Below are positions 16,901-25,696 of a stretch of DNA of 64,000 nt, piece by piece. The stretch covers positions 67,443-131,442 of the forward strand of contig CAWDKT010000002.1 in assembly GCA_963802955.1 (NCBI GenBank). Direction: 5' to 3'. Numbering within the stretch: the stretch's first letter is position 1; each line of letters begins with the position of its first letter. The notes below the pieces were generated by a model. That model saw nothing but the letters and a program-made list of their open reading frames with translations, had not been told where the DNA came from and made no database searches. This stretch comes from an uncultured Acidobacteriaceae bacterium. Lineage in GTDB: Bacteria; Acidobacteriota; Terriglobia; Terriglobales; Acidobacteriaceae. A program made the translations under genes and the position numbers.

Positions 16901-17550
16901 AGATAGAAGCTCACTTCGGGATTGCCGCCGTCAATCGAGCCGTTGACTTGCACATCGGTCGAAGGCAATCCGATCACGAAGTTCGGCGTGCCATTTGCGT
17001 TGCTTTGCTGGCTCATGCTGTTGTACATCACGCCCGGCGTGAGCGACAGCATGGCGTACGCGTTGCGGTTCACCAGAGGCATACCGGTGATTTCAGCAGG
17101 CGAGATCGTTCGTCCCAGCTCAGCCGTGGTGGTATCCACCAGCGGCGGAGCCTCGGTCACAGTCACAGTTTGCGTCTGTGCGCCAATCTCCAATGTCACT
17201 GCCAGAGTCTGCGTCTGGTCGACGGTGACGATGATGTTCTTCTGCACAAACGTCTTGAAGTTGGCCGCGGTCACCTCGACGGTGTAGTTGCCCACGGGGA
17301 GATAGTCGATGCGGAATTCGCCATATCCATTCGCAGGCACCGATCGTGTGAAACCGGTGTTCGTGTTGGTTGCTTTCACGCCCGCGCCAGACACCACCGC
17401 GCCCTGCGGATCCTTTACCGTTCCGACAATCGAGCCGGTGATCTGTTGCGTGAACGCAGGCAGGCTGGCGCCGGCAACGGCCAAAAGCAGCAATAGGATC
17501 CGTAATCCTGCGCTGCGCGAAAATGCCTGCTTCGTTGATTTAGTTCCCAT
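13933..17550 (-). CDS. TonB-dependent outer-membrane receptor with N-terminal carboxypeptidase-regulatory-like domain
   Basis: 1205 aa. Signal peptide, ITGSIVGTVKDPQGAVVSGAGVKATN..GEFRIDYLPVGNYTVEV (CarboxypepD_reg), plug and a long beta-barrel ending ..IIQVGARLSF (terminal aromatic residue). Confidence 0.9.
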   Translation of the reverse strand: MGTKSTKQAFSRSAGLRILLLLLAVAGASLPAFTQQITGSIVGTVKDPQGAVVSGAGVKATNTNTGFTRSVPANGYGEFRIDYLPVGNYTVEVTAANFKTFVQKNIIVTVDQTQTLAVTLEIGAQTQTVTVTEAPPLVDTTTAELGRTISPAEITGMPLVNRNAYAMLSLTPGVMYNSMSQQSNANGTPNFVIGLPSTDVQVNGSIDGGNPEVSFYLDGGLNINGIRNYGNQLPNPDALEEFRVETSDFSAQYGHMSSAVVTAVTKSGTNQFHGTLFEFNRNTDFNAYNWNAPKDANGNFIKAPYHRNQFGGVVGGPIKKDKAFFFFSYGGLRQVVGQYVSGGRVPTAAERLGDFTQDLPNPSDSAGKYSYYHSTPFTINMPGTKTNYTNQTNTGAGCTSVGVSSGNPTNKNCLPATTIGTVIGEDPLAATVMGGKNTSASLPLPNAPLSGSSANLQWIGYFTGPTDENEYLAKYDEVLSDKDHVAATYFFVRTTQNAFGGGNIAPWTINQSYTNQTNANVSDVHTFGATTANQAWLSFTRAAGGRVNLPTANAGQLGSAYTIQGPSTLPDLNVSGYFHAQDSLAGPVTTSDFYSLRDMVSMTKGKHSLFFGGEFALDKGMFVGNLYNYGNFSYASSAPTTTGNALADFYTGMLSSLEQDTPYHTLMSAWHTAVFFQDNYRITPRFTADLGIRWDIDTPPVESSNLTAAFIPSKAALTSSGGVGGTQSTVIAGAPAGMFFPGDSGVARGIISTKYHHVAPRIGFAWDPFGDGKTAIRMGAGVFYGTTSGNEWNQPGNANPYAVRQTFGSVNSASNPYATAMVNGTASSFPSGDPFPYTFNPKSPRFLLPASIESIGTNVQWPYIYQFNFAVQRQLPWQVALTAAYVGTLSRDVPTMIDGNYAPYVPGIANESSGSSGATGYNARRPYDQNATGTGTLGQNIFLITNQTASYHSLQIAAGRPLSRNVMVNGFYVWSHAIQSSNESAIGQMTAQDFANLWEEKGPMDADRRNVASISGMWNIDYYHGTNFFMKEVVNGWTISPVWVMQSGQPFSVTTGSNKNDDSANANRPDFDTVNRTSAFLDPHRNRAAAAAEWFNTAAFVNNGPGIAGGIGPGGADGNVPRDYLRAPGYRDVDLGLFRDIHFAENMTFQLRGEATNVFNLVSLSTPGTSGPPPTDGQAPSSSGFGVITGASSPRIIQVGARLSF

Positions 17551-18189
17551 TCTGTCCTCCTGAAGGTTCGCTTGCTCCTGTTTTAGGAATCGCTCTTCTG
17601 TTCATTGCGAGAGCGATCTGACTCTCATTCTTGCGCGCCGTAGCGGTTGCGAGATGTGGTGCAGATCACGACACAAACGATTGTCTTCCCGCAATTCGCA
17701 GCAACTTATCGATTCCACAAACTTCGTCACTTCGGGTCAGTTCGTTCGCTTCGAGGCTGATTCCAACGCCCCAATCCACTGGCGAAGCTAAAAGATCTTG
17801 AAGCTGCCCAAACGCACTGAGGGCAAAACCCGCCCCATAAGCCCGCTTCTTTCACCATGGGGCTTTGTACCAAAAGCAAAGAGATGGTTGGCAAGTGACT
17901 TACCGTTTGAATCATTGGGAGGGAAGGCATCTACATGAACAGATTTAAGTTAGGGGTCGATCAAAGGCCTGTGACAAACGTCCGCTTACGCCTCAATCTC
18001 GAAGGAGCAGAAACGACCTTCCCCTGAGCGCCCTTCCAGACGCCAAGCGGTTTCAGGTTGGCCGCGTTGCTATCCGCATTGATCGAGGAGCGCTGACTGG
18101 GAGCCCTAGCTACCGGCAAGATTCACCAAGCTAAGGCCTGTCCACGCTGGAGGCGCCACCATCCCTGTAGGATGAACTGACCCACGTGA

Positions 18190-19014
18190 CTACTGCTGTG
18201 GCGCAGGATTGCGCGGGCCGCCTTGCCTTTCGCCGCCCATCATGCCGTCGACATCGACACTCGTTGCGGTAAAGGCCCCGTCCTTGACAGCGCCTTCCAC
18301 ACGCACCATGTCGCCCACTTGAATATCGGCCATTGTCACGGGATCGCGGCGCTTGCGGAAGGTCGTGTTCTCATCGACCAGCACCGGGTGAACGGCATTA
18401 TCGAGCGTGCCGGTGAGCGTGATCTTCGTTCCGTCGATCGCTGTCACCTTGCCTTGGAGCCAAGTCTTCCCGAAATTGGCTTCCATCTCCTCGATGCGCT
18501 TCGCAGTTTCCGGATCAAGCAGCATGATTCGAACAGCGCCTATTGATTTGGCTGCGGCGTCAACTTCGCCCATCGCTGCGATGACATCGCCCACCTTGAT
18601 GTCAGTCGCTTTGATTTCTTCAGGAGGGGTTCTCGCCCCGTATCCGCCGCGGCGAGTTCCAGAATTCTCACCCATCTCCCGGCTTGGGCCGCCGCCTGAT
18701 CCCCGCATGCCGGCCGGCTGTTTCATCATGCGCGTATTCGCGCTGAAGTTGACAATGTATGAATCGCCCACGGCGGTTTTTATGGTGTAATGATCCGCGG
18801 CAATCGCACTGACCGTTCCAAAAACACCGCGGCCGACCATTCCCATACCGCCGCCGATGCCGCCAAAGCCGCGTCCGCCACGCTGGCCATAGCCTCCCCC
18901 ACCACCCGGACCGGCGTTTTGGCCTGCTGGCGGGGCAGAGCCGGCATCCTGGGCAACGGCTGCTGCAGCAAAAACAACACCGATTACGATTGTGGGCAGG
19001 AGGAATATTTTCAT
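18190..19014 (-). CDS. secreted Gly-rich protein with DUF5666-like repeats
   Basis: MKIFLL.. signal from the ATG at 19014 (AAGGA upstream). GGGGYGQRGGRGFGGIGGGMG tract. Repeated ..VGDVIAAMGEVD.. / ..VGDMVRVEGAV.. beta-barrel-like modules. Confidence 0.55.
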   Translation of the reverse strand: MKIFLLPTIVIGVVFAAAAVAQDAGSAPPAGQNAGPGGGGGYGQRGGRGFGGIGGGMGMVGRGVFGTVSAIAADHYTIKTAVGDSYIVNFSANTRMMKQPAGMRGSGGGPSREMGENSGTRRGGYGARTPPEEIKATDIKVGDVIAAMGEVDAAAKSIGAVRIMLLDPETAKRIEEMEANFGKTWLQGKVTAIDGTKITLTGTLDNAVHPVLVDENTTFRKRRDPVTMADIQVGDMVRVEGAVKDGAFTATSVDVDGMMGGERQGGPRNPAPQQ

Positions 19015-19103
19015 GGCAGCGTCCTTCGTATCGATCACCCCGCAAGGCGACCCAATTAGATAGACGCCAGAAAACTTGAGTGGGACGACGGAACCCGCGC
19101 CTG

Positions 19104-19898
19104 CTATTCGCTGCGTTTTTCGGCGAGAAGTTTCCGGAATCCTTCGTTGCCACTCAGTTCGGCAAAGCTGCTGTCGGCAATCACTTTCTCAGGGTCCACA
19201 AAACCTTCATTCAGAGCGGATTGCAGATACTCGAGGGCGCAACTGGTTTGGCCGGTGCGTGCGCATGCTTCTGCCATGAAGTAATTCATCGCGCCGTGCT
19301 CGCGCAAGGTAATTGGACTTTCAGACACGGGGTCGCTAGTGGCCCCGAGCACCTCCGGATCGAGCAATGCCGCCTGCTCATAGGCTTTCTGGCCCTCGCT
19401 GAATTTATGCTGGGCGATCAGGCTGGTGCCAAGATTCTTATAAATACCCGCATATTTCGGATCGATATTCAATGCTTTTCGAAACAAACGGTCCGCGCTT
19501 CCATATTCCTTCATCGACACATACAACGTTCCCAGATTGTTCAAAACTCTGGGGTCGTTGGGATTGAGCTTGAGCGATTGGTTGTAGCAGCGAATTGCGT
19601 TGCCTGAGTCAAGCATCAACTCATACGTCATGCCCATCTTGTTCCAGATTGCCGCAGTCATCAGCGGGGCTTTGGCGTAGATCTTGATTGCAGTTTCGTA
19701 ATGCTTGCCCAGCGCAACGGAGTCGCCGATTTCGACGATCGCAAGCTGCGCCGGCTCAATTGACTGCCGTGCAGCCGGGTTCACTTGTAAGGCCGCCTGG
19801 CTCGGAACCTGCGCCGGTGCCCCGAGCTGAAAACCTGAACACGCCACCATCGCCACCAGCGGCGCTGGCAGACGAAGATTTCCTCTGAGCCTGAACAT
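19104..19898 (-). CDS. TPR repeat protein (paralogue 1)
   Basis: GGAGGAAAG precedes the ATG. Signal-like N-terminus. TPR consensus repeats (AIWNKMGMTYELM..AIRCYNQSLKLNPNDPRVLNNLG..). Confidence 0.8.
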   Translation of the reverse strand: MFRLRGNLRLPAPLVAMVACSGFQLGAPAQVPSQAALQVNPAARQSIEPAQLAIVEIGDSVALGKHYETAIKIYAKAPLMTAAIWNKMGMTYELMLDSGNAIRCYNQSLKLNPNDPRVLNNLGTLYVSMKEYGSADRLFRKALNIDPKYAGIYKNLGTSLIAQHKFSEGQKAYEQAALLDPEVLGATSDPVSESPITLREHGAMNYFMAEACARTGQTSCALEYLQSALNEGFVDPEKVIADSSFAELSGNEGFRKLLAEKRSE

Positions 19899-20062
19899 CT
19901 TTCCTCCTGGAGAACGGATCGAAGGGGCGATCCGAAGCTCCCACCGCTAGATGCTTTCTTGGCCCGATGGTCGAATTAGAGCATTAAACCAAATTGAAGG
20001 AAAGCGGAAAATCGCGCGCTCGCTGCGGAAAATTCAGCGGCTTGCAACCAGCCAGATCGGTA

Positions 20063-20857
20063 CTATGGGTTGCGCTGCTGTTCCGCGAGTAGTTGCTTGA
20101 ACGCGGGATTGTCGCGAAGACTGGCAAACTCGGAATCCTCCGCGACCTTCTTCCGGGTAATGAATCCTTCATCCAGCGCCATGCGAAGGTACTGGAGAGC
20201 GCAGTCGGTGTAACCGGCGCGCGCGCAACCCAACGCCATGTAGTAGTTCATGGCGCCGCGCTGCTGCACCGACCCGGGACCTTCAATCGTCGGACTGCCG
20301 TGATCTTCAAAGATCTGCGGATCGAGAGTGAGCGCCCTCTGATAGGCTGCCCAGCCTTTCTGATACTTGCGTTCAGCCAGCAGACTGGTTCCGAGATTCT
20401 TGTATGCTATTGCTGAATGGGGATCGATCTTGATCGCTCTCCGGTACATTTTGTCTGCCTCTCCATCTTCTTTCTCCGAGGCGTAAACTGTGCCCAGATT
20501 ATTGATCACCTGGGAGTTGTGCGGATCGAGCTTGAGCGATTCTTTGTAGCAGTGCACAGCTTCTTTCGAATTGAACATCATCTGGTAGTCGATCCCCATC
20601 TTGTTCCATATCGCGGCCGTTTTTTGTGGCGCCTTCTCGTAGGCGGCAATCGCGGCCTGGTAACGCTGTCGCGCGCTCAACGAGTCACCGAGCTCCTCAG
20701 GTGTTGGCGGCGGTACGGGTGGATTTGGAGCAACTTGCGGCGCAGACGGAGACTGAACCTGACCCGATGCCTGGGCCGGAACGATCCGGGGAACCACAAA
20801 GGAAACGGCGAGCAAAGGCAAGGGCAGAAGCCAGCGGTTTACTTCAAACGCAGTCAT
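20063..20857 (-). CDS. TPR repeat protein (paralogue 2)
   Basis: ATG at 20857 preceded by GGGAGGGATT. About 50% identical by eye to the 19104-19898 product over its whole length (AIWNKMGIDYQMM..YKESLKLDPHNSQVINNLG..). Confidence 0.8.
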   Translation of the reverse strand: MTAFEVNRWLLPLPLLAVSFVVPRIVPAQASGQVQSPSAPQVAPNPPVPPPTPEELGDSLSARQRYQAAIAAYEKAPQKTAAIWNKMGIDYQMMFNSKEAVHCYKESLKLDPHNSQVINNLGTVYASEKEDGEADKMYRRAIKIDPHSAIAYKNLGTSLLAERKYQKGWAAYQRALTLDPQIFEDHGSPTIEGPGSVQQRGAMNYYMALGCARAGYTDCALQYLRMALDEGFITRKKVAEDSEFASLRDNPAFKQLLAEQQRNP

Positions 20858-21106
20858 AATCCCTCCCTTCGATGTCACCGGAGGGCAACGAATCGAGCAA
20901 ATCCTCACTGGAATTAAACCACCGTTGCACCGGATTTGCCAGCGTTCCGGCACCGCACCTCATTTTCCATCGAGGGGCTTACATCAGGACCAGATCAAAT
21001 GTAACGAATATCCGCCCATCTTCATCCAACCTTCGTCGGGCAGTTCTCATCTCACTGCTGCCGGATCCATGCAGTTGTCCCACGTGTTTGCCGTTGTTAT
21101 ATCCCA

Positions 21107-22441
21107 ATGAACTACACTCTCAGCCCAGATAGGAGGATAACTTTGAGCGCAACAACTTCCCCGATTTTGCAAATGGGACTGGCCAAGCGATTTCGCGCCA
21201 CGCGACTGCAAACAATGAACTTGTGCGCGCCGCTAACCCCCGAAGACATGATGGTGCAGTCGTGCCCCGAGGCTTCGCCCGCAAAATGGCACGCGGCCCA
21301 CACCACATGGTTCTTTGAATCCTTCGTGCTGAGGCAGTTCTTGCCGGATTATCGGATCTTTCACCCCGATTTCGAGTGGCTCTTTAACAGTTATTACGAG
21401 AGTTTTTCGCAGTTCCCCGAGAAAAGGCTCAGATCATCGTTTTCGCGGCCAGGTTTGGAACGGACCCTTCATTACCGGGAGCACGTCGACGCGGCCATGG
21501 ACCGACTGTTTGAGGGCGAACCGGAGCCTGAGGCGCTGCGCCGCGTTGAGCTTGGCGTCAATCACGAGGAGCAGCACCAGGAATTACTGCTCACGGACAT
21601 CCTGAACGCGTTCTTCACCAATCCGCTTCGGCCAAAATACAGGGAACGGGGAACAGGGAACAGGGATCACGGGAGAACCGCACCACTCGCGTTTCAGCAG
21701 TTTGAAGGCGGATTACGCGAAGCAGGCCACGCGGGCGAAGGCTTCTGTTACGACAACGAGCTGCCACGGCATCGCGTTTGGCTCGAGCCTTTCAAATTGG
21801 CAAATCGACTGGTCACATGCGGCGAATATGCGGAGTTTATTGCAGACGGAGGTTACCGCAAGTCCGAGCTCTGGCTCTCCGCAGGATGGGCAACCGTGAA
21901 GGCGAATGGATGGCAGGCGCCCCTCTACTGGACGGAAAAGGACGGCGCGTGGAGCGTGTTCACTTTGTGTGGCGAATTGCCGCTGAAAGACCTCGAGACC
22001 GTTCCCGTGAGCCAGGTAAGTTACTACGAAGCGGATGCTTACGCCCATTGGGCCGGATACCGCCTTCCCACAGAGTTCGAATGGGAATCTGCCGTCGAAG
22101 GCCAGCCGATCGCGGGCAATCTTCTCGACTCGGGAAACCTGATGCCGATTCCTTCCACAGAACTGCACAACAACCAGCGCAGTGCGCAGCAACAAAGCCA
22201 AAACGGTACGAAGTACTTCGGCGATTGCTGGGTGTGGACGAGTAGCGCTTATCTTGGCTATCCCGGTTTTCGCCCGCTCGAGGGAACGCTCGGCGAATAC
22301 AACGGTAAGTTCATGAGCGGGCAGATGGTTCTGCGCGGCGGGTCCTGTTTAACGCCCGCGCCTCACATCCGCTCAAGCTACCGGAACTTCTTTTCACCGG
22401 AGACCCGCTGGCAGTTTTCCGGCATCCGGCTCGCGTCTTAA
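21107..22441 (+). CDS. egtB: ergothioneine biosynthesis sulfoxide synthase EgtB (DinB_2 + FGE-sulfatase domains)
   Basis: SPAKWHAAHTTWFFESFVL, NHEEQHQELLLTDI, and a C-terminal FGE-like region ..CWVWTSSAYLGYPGF..VLRGGSCLTP..YRNFFSPETRWQFSGIRLA. Confidence 0.88.
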   Translation: MNYTLSPDRRITLSATTSPILQMGLAKRFRATRLQTMNLCAPLTPEDMMVQSCPEASPAKWHAAHTTWFFESFVLRQFLPDYRIFHPDFEWLFNSYYESFSQFPEKRLRSSFSRPGLERTLHYREHVDAAMDRLFEGEPEPEALRRVELGVNHEEQHQELLLTDILNAFFTNPLRPKYRERGTGNRDHGRTAPLAFQQFEGGLREAGHAGEGFCYDNELPRHRVWLEPFKLANRLVTCGEYAEFIADGGYRKSELWLSAGWATVKANGWQAPLYWTEKDGAWSVFTLCGELPLKDLETVPVSQVSYYEADAYAHWAGYRLPTEFEWESAVEGQPIAGNLLDSGNLMPIPSTELHNNQRSAQQQSQNGTKYFGDCWVWTSSAYLGYPGFRPLEGTLGEYNGKFMSGQMVLRGGSCLTPAPHIRSSYRNFFSPETRWQFSGIRLAS

Positions 22442-22470
22442 GTCATTCTGTTGCATCCAAGTGAGAGTCC

Positions 22471-23466
22471 ATGAGCGTAGCTGCTTCCCCTGCAACACTT
22501 TCTGCAGTTGTTGATGAACGCGTCGCTACCACCGTGTCGGAGGGTCTATCCGGCCAGCCCAAGCGGCTGCCCGCCTGGTTGTTTTACGATGCGGCGGGCT
22601 CGCGGCTCTTCGATGCGATCACCGAACTACCGGAGTACTACCTGACACGCACTGAGCGGAGCATTCTCGCCGCCCGCGCGGGAGCGATCGTCTCCTGCGC
22701 CTCGGTCGGTGCGCGGGTGCGTGTCACCGAGCTTGGCGCGGGCTCGGCAGACAAGACGCGCCTGCTGCTCAAAGCCGCCGTCGACCGTCAGAGGAGCGTC
22801 GTATATGAACCGGTCGATGTTTCGGCCAGCGCCCTCCACGCAGCGCGGGAAAGAATTGAGCGGGAGATTCCCGGAGTGACCGTTGCACCCCGCGTGATGA
22901 ATTACACCGATGGCGACGGCCAAAGACTACATTTTGGTCCCGTCGGCCACGGCGAACGGCGCATGGTGCTCTACATTGGCTCGAGTATCGGCAACTTTGA
23001 ACCCCATGAAGCCTCACGCGTTTTGTGCCGCGTGCGCGCCGGACTCTCCGAAGGCGATAGCCTGCTGCTGGGCGTGGATCTGGCGAAGGACGAAGCGACG
23101 CTCCTCGCTGCGTACGACGATGCTGCCGGCGTGACAGCGAGATTCAATCGCAATTTGCTCGTGCGGCTGAACCGGGAACTCGACGCGGACTTCGATCTGA
23201 AGTCCTTCGAGCACCGGGCAGTGTGGAATGGCGGCAAGTCACGGATGGAGATGCACCTCGCAAGCCGCTGCTCGCAACAGGTTCGCCTCGAGGCACTCAA
23301 TCGCACGGTCAATTTCGGTTGCGGTGAAACCATCCACACTGAGAACAGCTACAAGTACAAGCCTGGCGAACCCGAAGCGATGCTGACCTCAGCCGGATTC
23401 ACGCCAGCGCAAACCTGGACCGACGCGCAAGGATGGTTTGCCGTGTGCCTGGGGAAAGCCAGCTAG
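22471..23466 (+). CDS. egtD: L-histidine N-alpha-methyltransferase EgtD
   Basis: FYDAAGSRLFDAITELPEYYLTRTERSIL..ELGAGSADKTRLLL..IHTENSYKY, the characteristic EgtD motifs. Lies directly downstream of egtB. Confidence 0.9.
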   Translation: MSVAASPATLSAVVDERVATTVSEGLSGQPKRLPAWLFYDAAGSRLFDAITELPEYYLTRTERSILAARAGAIVSCASVGARVRVTELGAGSADKTRLLLKAAVDRQRSVVYEPVDVSASALHAARERIEREIPGVTVAPRVMNYTDGDGQRLHFGPVGHGERRMVLYIGSSIGNFEPHEASRVLCRVRAGLSEGDSLLLGVDLAKDEATLLAAYDDAAGVTARFNRNLLVRLNRELDADFDLKSFEHRAVWNGGKSRMEMHLASRCSQQVRLEALNRTVNFGCGETIHTENSYKYKPGEPEAMLTSAGFTPAQTWTDAQGWFAVCLGKAS

Positions 23467-23497
23467 CACCCGTAATCAAAACAGGTTTGGAGTTCCG

Positions 23498-24817
23498 CTA
23501 CTTCGGGGCCGCAATCCTCACCAGCAGAATGTCGTGGCTGGCGATCTCAAGCGGCATGTTATCCGTCAACGTAATCTCCTTGCCGTTCCATAGATCTTTA
23601 CCCGTTTGCGGCCCGTGCAGCCCCAGCTTGGTCAGGCTCAGGTGGAACGGATGCGTCGAATAGCGATCGGAACCGGCGTTAACGACGGCGACGGCCATTG
23701 CGCCGCCCGAAAGATGCCGCGTCCAAACATCCACCTCGCCCTCGGAATAGGCCCGGGTGGCTTCGCGGCCCAGCCGGTCTTGGTCGATCGCGATCACGTC
23801 GCGATTGGTGAGAATGGCCAGAATCTCGGGCTTCATGTTGGGCAAATCGTTGCCGGCAAGCAGCGGGGCAGCCAGCATGGCCCACATGGAAAAGTGCGTG
23901 CGATTCTCAGCCAGCGTGAGCGGAACAAACCGGGCCCTGTCCCCCATGCCCACCTGTTGCCCGTTGCCCACTTCCAGCATGTCGGGATCGTTCCAGTGGC
24001 CCGGCGCAGCGTATTTCGACAGCCCCGCCTGTTCATTCAGGATCGAATAAATGCTCTGCCAGTTCGGCTGGATGTCGCCCGTCGTACGCCACAGATTTGC
24101 GCCCACCGAAGGTCCCCACTCCCACACCGCGTCCCATCCGTACTGGCACAGCGAATAGACGATCGGCCGGCCGGTCGACTTTAGTGCCTTGTCCATTTTT
24201 TCGTAGGAGGCAATCATCAGGCGCATCTGCGCGGCTTTGTCATCCGGCGCCTGCTTCATCATCACAGCAGGAATAAAGCTGCACAAGTCGTACTTAAGGT
24301 AATCGATGCCCCACGACGCGTAAAGCTGCGCATCCTGTAGCTCATGGTCGAGAGATCCTTCAAAACCAGCGCAGGTTTTCGGTCCGGGCGAAGAGTAGAT
24401 GCCCAGCTTGAGCCCCTTCGAATGCACGTAATCGGCGAGGGCTTTCATGTCCGGGAACTTCGAGTTCGCGCGCAGCACACCGTCGGCGTCACGTTCGCCT
24501 TCCCAGGTGTCGTCGATGTTCACGTAAACGTAGCCGGCGTCTTTCATGCCTGTTGCGACAAGCTGATCCGCGGCGTTGCGCACATCCTGGTCGGTCACAT
24601 TGCGATGGAAAAAGTTCCAGCTGTTCCAGCCCATGGGTGGGGTCCCCGACAACAGGTCCTTGTTGTTGGGGTGGATTGGCGAGGTTTGTGCAACCAACGT
24701 CGCAGATGGCCCTCGCACCATTTGGTGCTTCGTTCTGGTAGTAGTTTGGCTCTGAGCTTGAGCCGCAAAAGAACAAACGACAACTAATGCAGCAAACGGT
24801 AAGGCATTCACTCGCAT
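23498..24817 (-). CDS. secreted alpha-galactosidase (GH27)
   Basis: MRVNALPFAALVVVCSFAAQAQS signal, then PPMGWNSWNFF..YVNIDDTWEG..LKYDLC, typical of GH27. Confidence 0.87.
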   Translation of the reverse strand: MRVNALPFAALVVVCSFAAQAQSQTTTRTKHQMVRGPSATLVAQTSPIHPNNKDLLSGTPPMGWNSWNFFHRNVTDQDVRNAADQLVATGMKDAGYVYVNIDDTWEGERDADGVLRANSKFPDMKALADYVHSKGLKLGIYSSPGPKTCAGFEGSLDHELQDAQLYASWGIDYLKYDLCSFIPAVMMKQAPDDKAAQMRLMIASYEKMDKALKSTGRPIVYSLCQYGWDAVWEWGPSVGANLWRTTGDIQPNWQSIYSILNEQAGLSKYAAPGHWNDPDMLEVGNGQQVGMGDRARFVPLTLAENRTHFSMWAMLAAPLLAGNDLPNMKPEILAILTNRDVIAIDQDRLGREATRAYSEGEVDVWTRHLSGGAMAVAVVNAGSDRYSTHPFHLSLTKLGLHGPQTGKDLWNGKEITLTDNMPLEIASHDILLVRIAAPK

Positions 24818-24916
24818 GACAGCTTCTCCTGGAAACCTTTTCATCGGAATCCTAACGTCTCGCTCTCTGGTCCGGCAAACAGCCGGCCGTCTCTCCGGCG
24901 GGAGATACTTAAAGTA

Positions 24917-25696
24917 ATGCCGTTTACGCTCTCTCACGCCGCCGCCGCATGGCCTTTTCGGCGAACGCGCCTCGAATTCTCAGCTCTCCTGGTTGGATGT
25001 TTCGTGCCGGATTTTCCTTACTTCCTTCTCCTAAAGGCGCACGATTTCTACGGACATACGCTGAGCGGCATGTTCTATTTCGATTTGCCGATTGGCCTGG
25101 TGGCGCTATGGCTGTTTCACACCTACGTGAAATTGCCATCCCTGGTCTTCCTTCCCGATGGAGTTCGCCGCAGACTCAAGGGCGGCCCATTTTCCTTTTT
25201 GCCGCCAGCTCGTCTGGCGTGGATCGCCCTTTCGATTCTGATTGGATCGGCCACGCACATCCTGTGGGATGCGTTCACGCACGACACGTATTGGCCTTAT
25301 TGGCACTGGAGCTTTCTCAGGATGCCTATCGAATTGCCGTTTGCAGGGCACAGCGTGATGTACAAACTGCTACAGTACCTCAGTTCCGTGGTTGGGGCGG
25401 TGATCGTTGCGATATGGGTCTGGCACTGGTACCGCACCACCAAACCGGCGGAGCATCCGATCCCGCAGCCCTATACCCGACCACAGAGAATCGCAATTAT
25501 CGTGGTTCTCCCGCTCATCGCGATTTGCTTCGGCATTTTCCGTGCTCACGAAGCGGTTACAGTTCTGGACGCGATAAGGCCGGATACCGGCTTCGCGGCC
25601 GTCGCAGTGGTGACTGCGATCTCGATCTTCGGATTGGGATTGCTGGTTTGCGGTCTGGTTCTCCGCCTTCGGGAGAATGCCGGCAAAGTCAGTTAG
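24917..25696 (+). CDS. DUF4184 family membrane protein (putative metal-dependent hydrolase)
   Basis: MPFTLSHAAAAWPF.. N-terminus, multiple TM segments, SATHILWDAFTHD motif. Confidence 0.7.
   Translation: MPFTLSHAAAAWPFRRTRLEFSALLVGCFVPDFPYFLLLKAHDFYGHTLSGMFYFDLPIGLVALWLFHTYVKLPSLVFLPDGVRRRLKGGPFSFLPPARLAWIALSILIGSATHILWDAFTHDTYWPYWHWSFLRMPIELPFAGHSVMYKLLQYLSSVVGAVIVAIWVWHWYRTTKPAEHPIPQPYTRPQRIAIIVVLPLIAICFGIFRAHEAVTVLDAIRPDTGFAAVAVVTAISIFGLGLLVCGLVLRLRENAGKVS

Noticed and set aside
16432-17496. A 354-aa plus-strand ORF. Similar long ORFs occur at 14479-15111, 27561-28463, 29300-40040-type antisense frames, 44108-44998, 55605-56183 and 57010-58233.
   Set aside because: All overlap strongly supported genes (the TonB receptor, RND pump, MFP, prs, comM and the glycosidase), either on the opposite strand or in another frame. 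None has recognisable domains.
17551-17760. A possible cobalamin or other riboswitch in the long 5' region of the TonB-dependent receptor.
   Set aside because: The reverse-complemented leader shows no B12 box (AGYCMGGAGACCKGCC-like) or other riboswitch core. Only one simple hairpin is present (ATCGCTCT..AGAGCGAT, ~17590-17625).
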